The notes: generated from the letters alone by a model not told the origin. A stretch of DNA of 64,000 bases from Dehalococcoidia bacterium (GCA_963555985.3 OY820591.1:1888001-1952000); one strand, 5' to 3'. Positions 1-10,032 are shown, numbered from the stretch's first letter. Translations and numbers: made by a program.

Positions 1-105
1 ACGACTCCTGCCTACTGAACCGCCAAATGTGCCAGAAGTCGGAGAAGGGCGCAGCCCCGATTTTCTAAGAACGTTTGCGCACCTGACCTAGGAGAGGAAC
101 TTCCC

Positions 106-1488
106 ATGGTCAACCTGAACACGAGCGCCGTGCCAGAGTGCAGCGGCGACAAGGTCCACCTCGTCGTGGATGCGAACAGCATCTTCCTCAGCCAGAAGCA
201 GCTGCTCGGACACGAACCAAGACGAAACGATAGGATCGACTTCGCGCGCGTCGCCAATCTGGTCGCGCAGCGTTCGTCGGATGCTCTTGACGCCGACTAT
301 CTGGACCTCGAACGCGGCGGCAGTGCCGAGTCGAATCCGTTCTATTTCAGGCTGCGTCAGATCGGCTTCCGCTTAGGGCTAACACCCCGCTCTGATGGGG
401 TAGCGCCGGACTGGCGGGTGAATCTGGACCGCGTACTCGCACGGTTCGCCGAGCTTCGGACATGTAGCTGTGACGTGTACTACGTTGCTGGTCGCATGCG
501 CGACGAGGTCCAGACCGCCCTGCTTGATCTGGCCGAGCAAGGGCGCGATGTCTGGCTGATGCTGCTCGGCCGAGACTCCGGTCTTCAGTCCTACGAACTC
601 GACCAGTTCGCCGACGTGATCGACCTCGTTGAGATCCGGGCTGCTGGACGGCACTACTACCAAGGCGTGTCCGAGCCTCCGCGGGCCGAGCCAGAACCTG
701 ATGGTCCGTCCTCCGTCTCGGATGTCACATCGACAGATGGCGACCGGCTTGGAGCGATCGGGTATGCCCTCGCTCAGCAGGCACCTGAGATTCTGGAAGC
801 GCCCGAGTCCGATCCCGAAAGCGAGATCGAACCCTTGGCGGCGCGAGAGCCAGAGCTGATTGAGGTGCCAACCCGGTATCTCAACAACGAACGGGAGCCG
901 TGGCTGCTCGCCATCGATGTCGAGAACACCGACGGAGTCCTGTATGAGATCCTCGGCGGCCGCGAGTTGAACCAAGAAACGCGCATTCAGTGGGACCGGT
1001 TGCGGGAATGGGTTGACGCCCAGGAGGACATTGAGTCCGCGCTCGTCATCCCGGTCCTGCAGTCCACTTCACCGGGTGTCGCGGGGTTCGCCTCCTACCT
1101 CGCAGGTCTTGGCTTTCGTCCGCTACTGCTCGAGCCTGAGCCCGATTGCAAAGTCGTGGACGAGGCGATCATAAAGCTGCTGGATTCGATGCAGACCCGC
1201 ACTGGCAACGTGATGCTGGTCAGCAACGACGGCGACTTCTTCGAGGAGTTGCACAGGCTCCAGGACCATCCTGATGGTACTGAGCGACGGATCGTTGTCG
1301 CTGGCTTTGTCGACCGGATGAGCCAGAAGTATCGGAAGGCTGACTGGATCGATGTTCTGGATCTCCAGCGCGACCTCGACCTCTTTCTCCACCAGCTACC
1401 CAATCGGTATCTGCCAATCCGTCTGGGTGACTTCGACGCTCCTGCGTTGTTGGACGAAAGCGGATTGTTCGCAGAGGAGGCTACGTAG
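106..1488 (+). CDS. Tandem NYN (LabA/DUF88, PIN-fold) domain protein
   Basis: Two NYN-like units: LVVDANSI...IDF (degenerate) and LAIDVEN...VVDEAI...LVSNDGDF (acidic residues intact), joined by an acidic Pro-rich linker; RBS GGAGAGG. Confidence 0.75.
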   Translation: MVNLNTSAVPECSGDKVHLVVDANSIFLSQKQLLGHEPRRNDRIDFARVANLVAQRSSDALDADYLDLERGGSAESNPFYFRLRQIGFRLGLTPRSDGVAPDWRVNLDRVLARFAELRTCSCDVYYVAGRMRDEVQTALLDLAEQGRDVWLMLLGRDSGLQSYELDQFADVIDLVEIRAAGRHYYQGVSEPPRAEPEPDGPSSVSDVTSTDGDRLGAIGYALAQQAPEILEAPESDPESEIEPLAAREPELIEVPTRYLNNEREPWLLAIDVENTDGVLYEILGGRELNQETRIQWDRLREWVDAQEDIESALVIPVLQSTSPGVAGFASYLAGLGFRPLLLEPEPDCKVVDEAIIKLLDSMQTRTGNVMLVSNDGDFFEELHRLQDHPDGTERRIVVAGFVDRMSQKYRKADWIDVLDLQRDLDLFLHQLPNRYLPIRLGDFDAPALLDESGLFAEEAT

Positions 1489-1590
1489 GCTCGCCGACCG
1501 GGGTGGGCCGGAGTGAAATCCGGCCCGCCCCTTGGCGTGCCTGCGGATATCCTGTGCGCATCATGCCCCTGCAGTCGAGAGGACGCCCCG

Positions 1591-3879
1591 ATGACCACCG
1601 AAACCAAACCTGACTACAACGTCGTCGGTACCCGGCCCCTGCGACCCGATGGCGTCGACAAGGTCACCGGACGCGCCCGCTATGGCGCCGACATCGCCCT
1701 GCCCGGAATGCTCTACGGACGAGTCAAGCGCTCCCCCCACGCCCACGCGCGGATCGTCTCGATTGATACCTCCAAAGCGGAAGCGCTGGACGGCGTCAAG
1801 TGCGTGATCACCCACGCCAATCTGCCCGGCGCAACCGATGAGGTTGTCGATTTCGGCGAGTCGGTCTCGCCCTACAAGTGGGTGCTCGAAAATGTCCTGG
1901 CCTCGGACAAGGCGCTCTATCAAGGCCACGCGGTCGCGGCGCTCTGCGCGACCGACCCGCACATCGCCGAGGACGCGCTCGACCTGATCGAGATCGAGTA
2001 CGAAGTCCTCCCGCCCGTGCTCTCAGTCCACGACGCGATGGCCGACGGCGCGCCGCTCCTGCATCCGGGCATGAAGACAGTCGAAATGGTCGCGCGTTTC
2101 ATCCCGGGCGAGGGTCGCGGCGAGCAGGAGACCAACATCGCCTCACAGCTCGAATTCGAGCAGGGCGATCCGCAGCAAGGCTTCGCCGAGGCCGACTTGA
2201 TCCTCGAGGGCGAATTCGAGACCGCAGCCGCCCATCAGGGCTACATCGAGCCACAGAACGGTACCGCCCACTGGAACTCCGACGGCACCCTGACTGTCTG
2301 GGTCTCCACCCAGGGACCGTTCGCGGTGCGAGCCACCGTCGCGCGGATGCTGGGCATCCCCCTGGCCCGCGTCAAGGTCGTGCCCATGGAGATCGGCGGC
2401 GGTTTCGGCGGCAAACTGCCCGCCTACATGGAACCGAGCGCCGCGATCATGTCCAAGCTCACCGGCCGCCCGGTCAAGATGTACATGAACCGCGAAGAGG
2501 TCCTGATCGGTACCGGCCCCACCTCAGCGACCTACGTCCGCTGCCGGATCGGGGCCAAGAACGACGGCACGATCACCGCAGTCGAGGCGACGCTGGCATA
2601 CGAGGCGGGCGCCTTCCCCGGCTCGCCCGTCGGCGCCGGCGCGACCTGCATGTTGTCCTCCTACGACATACCCAACCTCTACATCAACGCCCTCGACGTC
2701 GTCACCAACAAGCCCAAGTGCCAGGCCTACCGCGCGCCCGGATCGCCGCAGGGCACGTTCGCGGTCGAGTCGCTGATCGATCAGCTCGCCGAACGCCTGG
2801 AACGCGACCCGATGGAGCTGCGCGCGCAGAACACCGCACGCGAGGGTACCCGCCGCGCCGACGGTGTGGTCATGCCCCGGATCGGCGCCGAAGAGACGAT
2901 GGATGCGGCGATGGACTCGCCCCACTACCGCTCCGAGATCAGCGCGGACGAAGAAGGCCGCCTGGTCGGACGCGGCGTCTCGATGGGTTTCTGGACCAAC
3001 GGCGGCATGGAGTCCGCCGCCTACGCCGCGCTCAACGAAGACGGCACCGTCAACCTCTCCGTCGGCTCGGTCGACATCGGCGGCCAACGCGCCGGACTAG
3101 CCATGCAGTTCGCCGAGACCCTCGGCATCGACTACGACCTCGTGCGTCCCCAGGTCGTCGACACCGACTCAATCGGCTTCACCCACGTGACCGGCGGCTC
3201 GCGCGTCGCCTACGCGACCGGAATCGCCGTCCACGAGGCCGCCCTCGACGCCCGCCGCCAGATGGAGGAGCGCGCAGCGCTGCTCTGGCAAGTGGACGCC
3301 GACTCCGTGAGCTACGAGAACGGGATCGTGCGCGGACCGGAAGGCCGCGAGCTGACGTTCGCCGAACTCTGCAAGCAGATGCCCGGCAGCGGCGGCATGA
3401 TCCAGGGCCGCGCCGACGTGCTGCCCACCCGCCCCGGCCCCGCCTACGGCTGCCACATCGTGGACGTGGCCGTCGATCCCGACACCGGCAAGGTGGACAT
3501 CCTGCGCTACTCGGCTGTCCAGGACGTGGGCACGGCGATTCATCCCGCTTATGTCGAGGGGCAAGTCCAGGGCGGCGTCGCCCAAGGCGCGGGCATGGCC
3601 CTGACCGAGGAATACGTCTACTCGTCCGAAGGCCGCATGACCAACGCCAGCCTGCTCGACTACCGCATGCCCACCGCGCTCGACCTGCCCGAGATCGAGA
3701 CGATCCTGGTCGAAGTCCCCAATCCCGGTCACCCCTACGGCGTCCGCGGCGTCGGCGAAGTCCCCATCGTCCCGCCCCTCGCCGCCATCGCCAACGCCAT
3801 CTACGACGCCACCGGCATTCGCATGAACTCCCTCCCCGCCAGCCCCACCAAGCTGCTGGATCGGCTGCTGGAGGAGTAA
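1591..3879 (+). CDS. Xanthine dehydrogenase/CoxL-family molybdopterin-binding large subunit
   Basis: KVTGRARY, SPHAHARI, IGGGFGGK, AYRAPG, GQVQGG and GVGEVP motifs; ATG at 1591 after GAGGA. Confidence 0.93.
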   Translation: MTTETKPDYNVVGTRPLRPDGVDKVTGRARYGADIALPGMLYGRVKRSPHAHARIVSIDTSKAEALDGVKCVITHANLPGATDEVVDFGESVSPYKWVLENVLASDKALYQGHAVAALCATDPHIAEDALDLIEIEYEVLPPVLSVHDAMADGAPLLHPGMKTVEMVARFIPGEGRGEQETNIASQLEFEQGDPQQGFAEADLILEGEFETAAAHQGYIEPQNGTAHWNSDGTLTVWVSTQGPFAVRATVARMLGIPLARVKVVPMEIGGGFGGKLPAYMEPSAAIMSKLTGRPVKMYMNREEVLIGTGPTSATYVRCRIGAKNDGTITAVEATLAYEAGAFPGSPVGAGATCMLSSYDIPNLYINALDVVTNKPKCQAYRAPGSPQGTFAVESLIDQLAERLERDPMELRAQNTAREGTRRADGVVMPRIGAEETMDAAMDSPHYRSEISADEEGRLVGRGVSMGFWTNGGMESAAYAALNEDGTVNLSVGSVDIGGQRAGLAMQFAETLGIDYDLVRPQVVDTDSIGFTHVTGGSRVAYATGIAVHEAALDARRQMEERAALLWQVDADSVSYENGIVRGPEGRELTFAELCKQMPGSGGMIQGRADVLPTRPGPAYGCHIVDVAVDPDTGKVDILRYSAVQDVGTAIHPAYVEGQVQGGVAQGAGMALTEEYVYSSEGRMTNASLLDYRMPTALDLPEIETILVEVPNPGHPYGVRGVGEVPIVPPLAAIANAIYDATGIRMNSLPASPTKLLDRLLEE

Positions 3880-3944
3880 AGCGGGGAGGCGAAACCATGC
3901 CGCCTGAACCGAACTAGGATTGACGAGAGGGAGTTGCGAGGCCT

Positions 3945-4256
3945 ATGGCTCTCATCAACATCCAGCGCTTCCGTGACGTTTTGATCAGGTCTGGTGTGGC
4001 CGAGGAAGCGCCCGCATTGGAGGTGTCAGTCGGGCTCGACAACGAGTTGACCGACTTTGCAGACGGTCTGGCGACCAAGCAGGACCTCCGTCTGCTATCC
4101 GCTGAGATGAGAGAATTTGCGGCAGAGATGCGGCAACTCTTCGCCGAGCAGGAAGCCCGTCATCAGCAGCAGCTCAATCGGCTCGCCGCCCTCATGCTCG
4201 CCGGCTCCGCCCTCATCGCCACCGTCACCGGCATCCTCGTCGCCGTCTTCGGCTAG
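3945..4256 (+). CDS. DUF1640/CCDC90-like coiled-coil protein with C-terminal TM helix (paralog 1)
   Basis: LATKQDL motif, coiled coil, hydrophobic C-terminus. Confidence 0.7.
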   Translation: MALINIQRFRDVLIRSGVAEEAPALEVSVGLDNELTDFADGLATKQDLRLLSAEMREFAAEMRQLFAEQEARHQQQLNRLAALMLAGSALIATVTGILVAVFG

Positions 4257-4328
4257 GGGCCTACGCACGCAGATCGAGGATGTCTCCCAAGAAGCTCTGG
4301 CCAATCGCTTGATCTCCGCCTCGCAACG

Positions 4329-4344
4329 CAGTACATTCGTACTG
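4329..4344 (+). promoter_or_regulatory. Palindromic LexA/SOS-box-like site CAGTAC-ATTC-GTACTG (element copy A)
   Basis: Perfect inverted repeat with 4-nt spacer; similar position to the boxes at 7246, 19088 and 37568. Confidence 0.5.
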
Positions 4345-4644
4345 TATGCGATCAGCCGCGATGCGAGGCCCGTCATGTCCGCCGTTCTGCCTCTCCAGCC
4401 TGTAAACCCGCCCTATCCAAACGGCTCCCCACACCTTCCAACACGCGCACAAAATCTGCGTCAGGCTGACAAAACCAGCGCCGAACTGACCAAAACTAAC
4501 CATCCTGAACACACGATCTCCCATAAAACACTGCAATTCCACACGCTGCTCAGCGCTAGAAAGAGAATTTCCCGCAAACTATCCACCCGCCCGCCCGCAC
4601 ACCCGCCGTCGTGTCCAATCCACGGCGTCGAGCAGCGTGACTAG
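4329..4644 (+). repeat. Phased-repeat element copy A (degenerate), with an 89-aa ORF at 4375-4644
   Basis: CTGAC/CTGAC/CTAAC at 4466, 4486, 4496; CAATTC at 4534; AATTTCCC at 4566; A/C-rich strand. Confidence 0.5.
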
Positions 4645-4666
4645 GCCCAGGCGATAAGGCGCGAAT

Positions 4667-6049
4667 ATGCCCAAGAGTGATCTCCCCTTCGGCAGCGACT
4701 TCTCCCCCACCGACAAAGACCTTGGCCATCTACTCGAGCTCGCTGACGAGTGCGGGTCGGATTGGCGCGAGTTCGAGCGCCGCGTCCGTGCCGCATACAC
4801 GGAGGACAAGAACACATCCGACAGCAACAAGAACAAGCTGTCTAACAACACCAAGCTCGGAATGCGCTCGTACGGCCTGATCGGGCCGGATGATGCAACC
4901 CTCACCGAGCTCGGCGAGCGGCTACTCGCTCTGCGAGACAAGCCTGAGCAGATGTACGAGGAGTTCGCACGGCACATCCTCGTCAATCGCAAGGGGTTGA
5001 CGCTGACTCAGTGCATCCGCGACATGACCACGGCAGGTGAAGAAGTGACCGGCGTCACGATTCGGCGCGAGCTAGAGGAGCGCGGCGTGTACGTCCCGGT
5101 GAACTCGCGCAACCACTTCACCATGCGCCTCTGGCTCGCAAAAGCAGGTGTGTTCAGCAAGGACTTCCGCCTGAACGAATCACGCCTCGAAGAGATTCTC
5201 GGCACGACGATCGAGAGTGTCGACGCACTCGCGCAACTGACACCCGAACAACGCGCTTACCTGCGCACCATCGCCAGCATCGACACGGACGCGCCTCAAT
5301 GGTCGAACGACCTCGCCAAACTCGCCGCGGCCGCGCACGGAGTCGACTTCAGGGACCAGGGCATCCCCAAGCTCGTCCTCTATCCGCTCAAAGAGGCTGG
5401 CTTCATCACTCTCGAACGCGGAACGAAGCAACCCGGCAGAGGCGCAAAGCCGTTCCTCGTGAAGCCCACTGACCGCGTGCGGACCGAGCTGGTGGAACCG
5501 CTGCTCAAACAGATCGACGAGCAAGTGCTGCCCGATCTCCGTCCCTGGCTGCGGCGACCGCTCTCGGAAATTCGAGCCGACATCAACTCGGACGATCGGC
5601 ACGTGCGCGGTCTGGCGCTGGAGGCGCTGGCTTTCAAGCTGATGCGCTTGGTCAACCTCGATTACGTGACAACCCGATTGCGAGGCTCTCAAACGGGCGG
5701 GGCAGAAGTCGACTTGATCTTCGAGAGCACCCGGCTGCTGTTCAATCGCTGGCAGGTGCAGTGCAAGAACACCAGGCGTGTATCCCTTGACGATGTGGCC
5801 AAAGAGGTCGGCTTGACGCACATGCTCAAGAGCAACGCCATCGTCATGCTCACGACTGGCGATGTTGGACGCGAAGCGCGCCGCTACGCGGCGGAAGTCA
5901 TGCGAACGTCCAATCTCTGCATAATGATGGTGGACGGCGCTGATCTCCGCAGCATCGAGGCCAATCCGGCAAGCTTGGTAGATATTCTGACCCGAGAGGC
6001 CAGGAACGCCATGCAGGTGAAGACGCTCCAGCTGGACGGCGGCAACTGA
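4667..6049 (+). CDS. Restriction endonuclease with C-terminal Mrr-like PD-(D/E)xK domain
   Basis: LEALA...EVDLIFE...WQVQCKN catalytic pattern; stop overlaps the MTase start (TGATG). Confidence 0.8.
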   Translation: MPKSDLPFGSDFSPTDKDLGHLLELADECGSDWREFERRVRAAYTEDKNTSDSNKNKLSNNTKLGMRSYGLIGPDDATLTELGERLLALRDKPEQMYEEFARHILVNRKGLTLTQCIRDMTTAGEEVTGVTIRRELEERGVYVPVNSRNHFTMRLWLAKAGVFSKDFRLNESRLEEILGTTIESVDALAQLTPEQRAYLRTIASIDTDAPQWSNDLAKLAAAAHGVDFRDQGIPKLVLYPLKEAGFITLERGTKQPGRGAKPFLVKPTDRVRTELVEPLLKQIDEQVLPDLRPWLRRPLSEIRADINSDDRHVRGLALEALAFKLMRLVNLDYVTTRLRGSQTGGAEVDLIFESTRLLFNRWQVQCKNTRRVSLDDVAKEVGLTHMLKSNAIVMLTTGDVGREARRYAAEVMRTSNLCIMMVDGADLRSIEANPASLVDILTREARNAMQVKTLQLDGGN

Positions 6050-7185
6050 TGACAGACCTGCACGCGCCCGTTCTGGAGACCGCGCTTGGCCGCATCACCT
6101 GCGCCGACTCGCGCGACATGCTCGCGGACTACCCCGACGGCTCGGTCGATTGCATCCTCACCAGTCCGCCCTTCGGACTGGTGCGCAAGAAGGCATACGG
6201 CAACGTCGACGCCGCCGACTACCTCGATTGGTTCGCCTCCTTCGCATCGGAGTTTCACCGCGTCTTGACTGAAAACGGCAGCCTGGTGATCGACATCGGC
6301 GGTGCCTGGAATCGCGGAATGCCGACCCGCAGCCTCTACCACTTCAAGTTGGTCGTCATGCTCTGCGAACAGTTCGGGTTTCATCTTGCGCAAGAGTTCT
6401 ACTGGTGGAATCCGTCCAAGCTGCCCAGCCCGGCGGAGTGGGTGACGGTGCGCCGCATTCGCGTCAAAGACGCAGTGAACACGGTCTGGTGGCTATCGAA
6501 AACACCCTGGCCCAAGGCGAGCAACCGCCGCGTCCTCCAGCCCTATAGCGACAGTATGCAAGACCTCTTGGCCAACGGATATCGCCCGATGCGGCGACCG
6601 TCCGGCCACGACATCAGCGACAAGTTCGCCGCCGACAACGGGGCCGCGATCCCACCGAACCTGATCGCGATCCCAAACACCGAGAGCAATGGGAGCTACC
6701 AGCGCTACTGCAAAGAGCGCGGCTTCAGACCGCATCCTGCCAGGTTCCCGGCAAAATTGCCCGAGTACTTCGTGCGCATGTTGACAAACCCCGGCGACCT
6801 AGTTGTCGATCCGTTCGCCGGCAGCTGCGTCACCGGAGAGGTCTGCGAACGGTTGGGACGCCGTTGGCATTGCATCGAGCTCGATCCCGAGTATTGCGAG
6901 GGCGCAAAGGGGCGATTCTTGGGACAATCCGACCTTCCCAACGTTGAGAGAAAAGCTGGCAAGTCAGGCGCGACCCGCTACCAGATCCCCGCGCCGGGAC
7001 TCCTCTGGGCCGAACTCGACGAAGAGCCGCTTCATCCCGACGGTGGAATCAACCGGCCCAGGCGGAAGCAGGACGCCTCGGCCTCTCCACCAAATGGCGT
7101 CTCAGAACGAGCTGGCGACTTGGAGTATGTCGAAGGCGCCTATGCCCCGCGAATGCTCAAAGAGCCTCAACCACAGGAGGAATAG
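6049..7185 (+). CDS. Beta-class DNA methyltransferase, probably N4-cytosine (M.PvuII-like)
   Basis: TSPPF motif IV, HPARFP, DPFAGS motif I. Confidence 0.9.
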   Translation: MTDLHAPVLETALGRITCADSRDMLADYPDGSVDCILTSPPFGLVRKKAYGNVDAADYLDWFASFASEFHRVLTENGSLVIDIGGAWNRGMPTRSLYHFKLVVMLCEQFGFHLAQEFYWWNPSKLPSPAEWVTVRRIRVKDAVNTVWWLSKTPWPKASNRRVLQPYSDSMQDLLANGYRPMRRPSGHDISDKFAADNGAAIPPNLIAIPNTESNGSYQRYCKERGFRPHPARFPAKLPEYFVRMLTNPGDLVVDPFAGSCVTGEVCERLGRRWHCIELDPEYCEGAKGRFLGQSDLPNVERKAGKSGATRYQIPAPGLLWAELDEEPLHPDGGINRPRRKQDASASPPNGVSERAGDLEYVEGAYAPRMLKEPQPQEE

Positions 7186-7238
7186 TCGACTCGCCTCAAC
7201 CAAACTGTGACCCCCGCAACATTCCGCCAATCCCGCTC

Positions 7239-7267
7239 CTGAAACAGAACACATATACGTATATGAT
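7239..7267 (+). promoter_or_regulatory. Sigma70-type promoter CTGAAA-N17-TATGAT with LexA-like AGAAC-ACAT-ATACG in the spacer
   Basis: Exact 17-bp spacer; same layout as 19081-19109 on the minus strand. Confidence 0.6.
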
Positions 7268-7328
7268 TGGCTGTAGCCAACGCCCCGTCCGCAATCAACA
7301 GAACCTGCCATGATCGCCAGAAACCGCT

Positions 7329-7485
7329 CGAACTACCCAACACATACCCGAAAGAACCCAAACAAGCCCGAACACTCCCGAACGGAATCGAACAGAATCG
7401 AACGCATCCGAACACAATCGGACACCCTGGCTGCGAATTCCTCGCCCACAACAGCAAATTCGCCGCCGTCGCCCGGAAATTCCCC
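7329..7485 (+). repeat. 10-bp-phased CGAAC array plus 21-bp-spaced AATTC tail (element copy B)
   Basis: CGAAC at 7329, 7369, 7379, 7389, 7399, 7409; near-matches at 7349, 7359, 7419; (G/A)AATTC at 7435, 7456, 7477. Confidence 0.85.
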
Positions 7486-7557
7486 AACGCATCCCAGGCA
7501 AACCCGCAACCGCACCGATCCACACAGATCGTCGTCTGTATGAACGGGATCTAGACC

Positions 7558-8565
7558 ATGCACTACCGAATCCCTGAAACTGCGGAGTGGCCCTCTGAAT
7601 TCGCCGACCGCATCGTCGCCGGGGATGCGGCGGCGCGCCTGCGCGACCTCCCCGACAACTGCATCGCTCTGGCGGTCACCAGCCCGCCCTACTGGGATGT
7701 GGTCGACTACGGCGTCCACGGACAGCTAGGACAGGCCAGTTACGAGCGCTACCTGGAGCAGCTGCTCGCGGTCTGGCGCGAAACGGCGCGGGTGCTCATC
7801 CCGAACGGGAAGCTCGCCGTCGTCACCCCGATCATGCCCATCCCCAAAAGCCAAATCAGCGACCAGCACACCCGCCATCTCAAGAACATCGCCGCAGATA
7901 TCGAGGCGAGCATCCTCCGCGAGATCGCCGACTTGCACCGCTACAGCCTCTTCGTCTGGAAGAAGCAGACCACCACCAAGATGTTCGGCAGCTACCCCTA
8001 TCCGCCGAACATCTACGAGGACAACACGATCGAGTTCATCAACGTCTACGTCAAAGCCGGCGCCCCGCCCGCAATCCCCAAAGCGGCGAAGGAACGCAGC
8101 AAGCTCTCACAGGAAGAGTGGCTCAATCTCTCCATGCAGATCTGGCCCATCTACCCGCAAGATGTCCAGCGAGCCGGCGGGCATCCAGCCCCATTTCCGG
8201 TTGTACTGCCGCAACGACTGATCGCGATGTACACATTCGCCGCCGACCCCGCCCACAGCTTCGCCGGCGACATCGTGCTCGACATGTTCAACGGCTCAGG
8301 CGCGACCACACTGGCCGCGAAAACCATGCAGCGCCGCTGGCTCGGCATCGATCTGCATCCGGGCTACTGCGAATACGCCGAGAACCGCTTGCGCTCCGAG
8401 TACGTAAACCCCCAAGGACTCATTCTCGACGGACATCGAGTCCTGGCCGCGACGGGCGGGACAACGCCGTCTCAGTTTCCGAAACCCGAACCCGGCTCGC
8501 GTCAATCCGAACTGTTCGGCAGCAAGAGCGCAAGCTCGAAGTCCAACATCGCAGCCGCAGACTGA
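7558..8565 (+). CDS. Second beta-class DNA methyltransferase (N4-C/N6-A family)
   Basis: TSPPYW, HPAPFP, DMFNGSG motifs. Confidence 0.9.
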   Translation: MHYRIPETAEWPSEFADRIVAGDAAARLRDLPDNCIALAVTSPPYWDVVDYGVHGQLGQASYERYLEQLLAVWRETARVLIPNGKLAVVTPIMPIPKSQISDQHTRHLKNIAADIEASILREIADLHRYSLFVWKKQTTTKMFGSYPYPPNIYEDNTIEFINVYVKAGAPPAIPKAAKERSKLSQEEWLNLSMQIWPIYPQDVQRAGGHPAPFPVVLPQRLIAMYTFAADPAHSFAGDIVLDMFNGSGATTLAAKTMQRRWLGIDLHPGYCEYAENRLRSEYVNPQGLILDGHRVLAATGGTTPSQFPKPEPGSRQSELFGSKSASSKSNIAAAD

Positions 8566-8575
8566 GCGCGGCCGC

Positions 8576-9295
8576 TCACACCCCGTACTCGCGCGCCAGA
8601 CCGTCCAGCAGATCCACTACCAGCTGCGGAGCCGAGAAGAACGGACTGTGATCCGTGCCCCACTCGACAATCCGATCCGCCCGCCGCGCCTGGATGCGCT
8701 GGCCCTCGGGTGTCAGGCAGCGATCCTCCGCGCATACCACGTACGTGGTCGGAACCTTCTCGTAGGCGAGTTCGCGCGGTGGCGTGATCGTCACACCGTG
8801 CATGTCGTCTGGAACCAGCGAGGCGACCGCAAACTCGTAGTCCTCGTCCGAGCACTGGTGATAGAACGTGTTGCGCAGCGCCTCCGCCTTGACCGTCACC
8901 GAACCGTCCTCCGCCGGCACCAGCAGTTCGATCAAATGCGGCGGCACCAATTCCTCCGGGTAGCCGCCCTCGGCGTCGGGCATCATCGCCGTCAGATAGA
9001 CCAGATGCTTGACTCGCTCGTCGCCAAGCGGCGCGACCGTGAGCACATTGCCCCCGAACGAGTGCCCCATCATCACGATCGGCCCCTCAATCCCGGCCAT
9101 CTGCTCGCGTGTCATTTGCTCGTTCTCGTCCGAGTCGTCCGCGCCGCGCAGCGGATCGCCGCGCCGCCGGTCAATGCAGAGTGTCGGCACCCCGCGCGCT
9201 TCCAGTCCCTCGACCACCTTGTTCCAACACCACGGACCGTGCCAGGCGCCGTGCACCAGCACCACCGTCGCAGGCGTCGTCGATGAAGTCGTCAT
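8576..9295 (-). CDS. Alpha/beta hydrolase (esterase family)
   Basis: VLVHGAWHGPWCW, GHSFGG nucleophile elbow, Asp (EDR), HSPFFS. Confidence 0.9.
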   Translation of the reverse strand: MTTSSTTPATVVLVHGAWHGPWCWNKVVEGLEARGVPTLCIDRRRGDPLRGADDSDENEQMTREQMAGIEGPIVMMGHSFGGNVLTVAPLGDERVKHLVYLTAMMPDAEGGYPEELVPPHLIELLVPAEDGSVTVKAEALRNTFYHQCSDEDYEFAVASLVPDDMHGVTITPPRELAYEKVPTTYVVCAEDRCLTPEGQRIQARRADRIVEWGTDHSPFFSAPQLVVDLLDGLAREYGV

Positions 9296-9315
9296 GCTTG
9301 TACTCCAAGTCTGAG

Positions 9316-9876
9316 TTAAGACGGAAATCGATCCGTCGTCTCCGGTTCAAACTGCACGCCGAACGAATTCAGCGCCATCGAAACGATGTGGTACTGGCCA
9401 ACGGTAAAGACGGCATCCATGAGCTGCTGGACGGAGTAGCGCTCGGCGAGCGCATCCCAAGTCTCGTCGCTGATGAAGGCGTCGTCGTGGAGCTCGTCGG
9501 CTGCGCGCAGCAAGGTCGCCTCGAAAGCGTCCCAACCCTCAGCGTCCGGACCGTCGGCGACGCGCCGAATCTCATCATCGCTGAGTCCCACCGAGCGTCC
9601 GAACCGGCTGTGCTGGGCGAACTCGTACTCCGACTGGCAGTTCCAGCCGGTGCGCAGGATCAGCAGTTCGCGCTCGCGCGGGGGAAGCGAGGTATCACGC
9701 ATGATGTGTTGGCTGAACGCCTGTCGCGCGCGGGCGAGCGCCGGATACTGGGCGATGGTGCGCTGGACATTCAGCGGCGGGCGTCCGCCGAACGAGGCGG
9801 CCGCGAGCGCCTCGCGCTGTTCCTCGGTCGCTTCGTCATCCTGGACAGGCGGGATGCGCGGTTTGGAGAGTCGCAT
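9316..9876 (-). CDS. Carboxymuconolactone decarboxylase/AhpD family protein
   Basis: LPPRERELLILRTGWNCQSEYEFAQH motif. Confidence 0.85.
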   Translation of the reverse strand: MRLSKPRIPPVQDDEATEEQREALAAASFGGRPPLNVQRTIAQYPALARARQAFSQHIMRDTSLPPRERELLILRTGWNCQSEYEFAQHSRFGRSVGLSDDEIRRVADGPDAEGWDAFEATLLRAADELHDDAFISDETWDALAERYSVQQLMDAVFTVGQYHIVSMALNSFGVQFEPETTDRFPS

Positions 9877-9900
9877 CGGCGTCTCCGCCAATCAAATGCC

Positions 9901-9977
<77 letters not shown>

Positions 9978-10032
9978 ACGCTAGGCAGCGTAGCATCGCG
10001 CGGCCTGAGCGGGGGCGGGCTAGAATACGGTC

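Noticed and set aside
67-80. Additional LexA-like boxes (AAGAAC-GTTT-GCGC here; TAGAAC-TAAT-CATC at 57853)
   Set aside because: Only one half-site matches and no phased array follows.
1878-3917. Long Arg/Pro-rich alternative-frame ORFs (also 19486-20946, 24192-25544, 26059-27150, 44672-45931, 59139-60233 and others)
   Set aside because: Shadow ORFs of high-GC genes; no motifs, and they overlap well-supported CDSs.
7329-7423. CRISPR array or simple VNTR
   Set aside because: Units are only 10 bp with 5 variable bases; there are no 25-40 bp repeats with unique spacers and no cas genes; the variable positions argue against recent slippage.
7267-7554. Small ORFs of element copies A-C as a conserved protein family
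   Set aside because: The similar segment is read in different frames relative to the conserved ATG, so conservation looks nucleotide-level; not listed as CDS.
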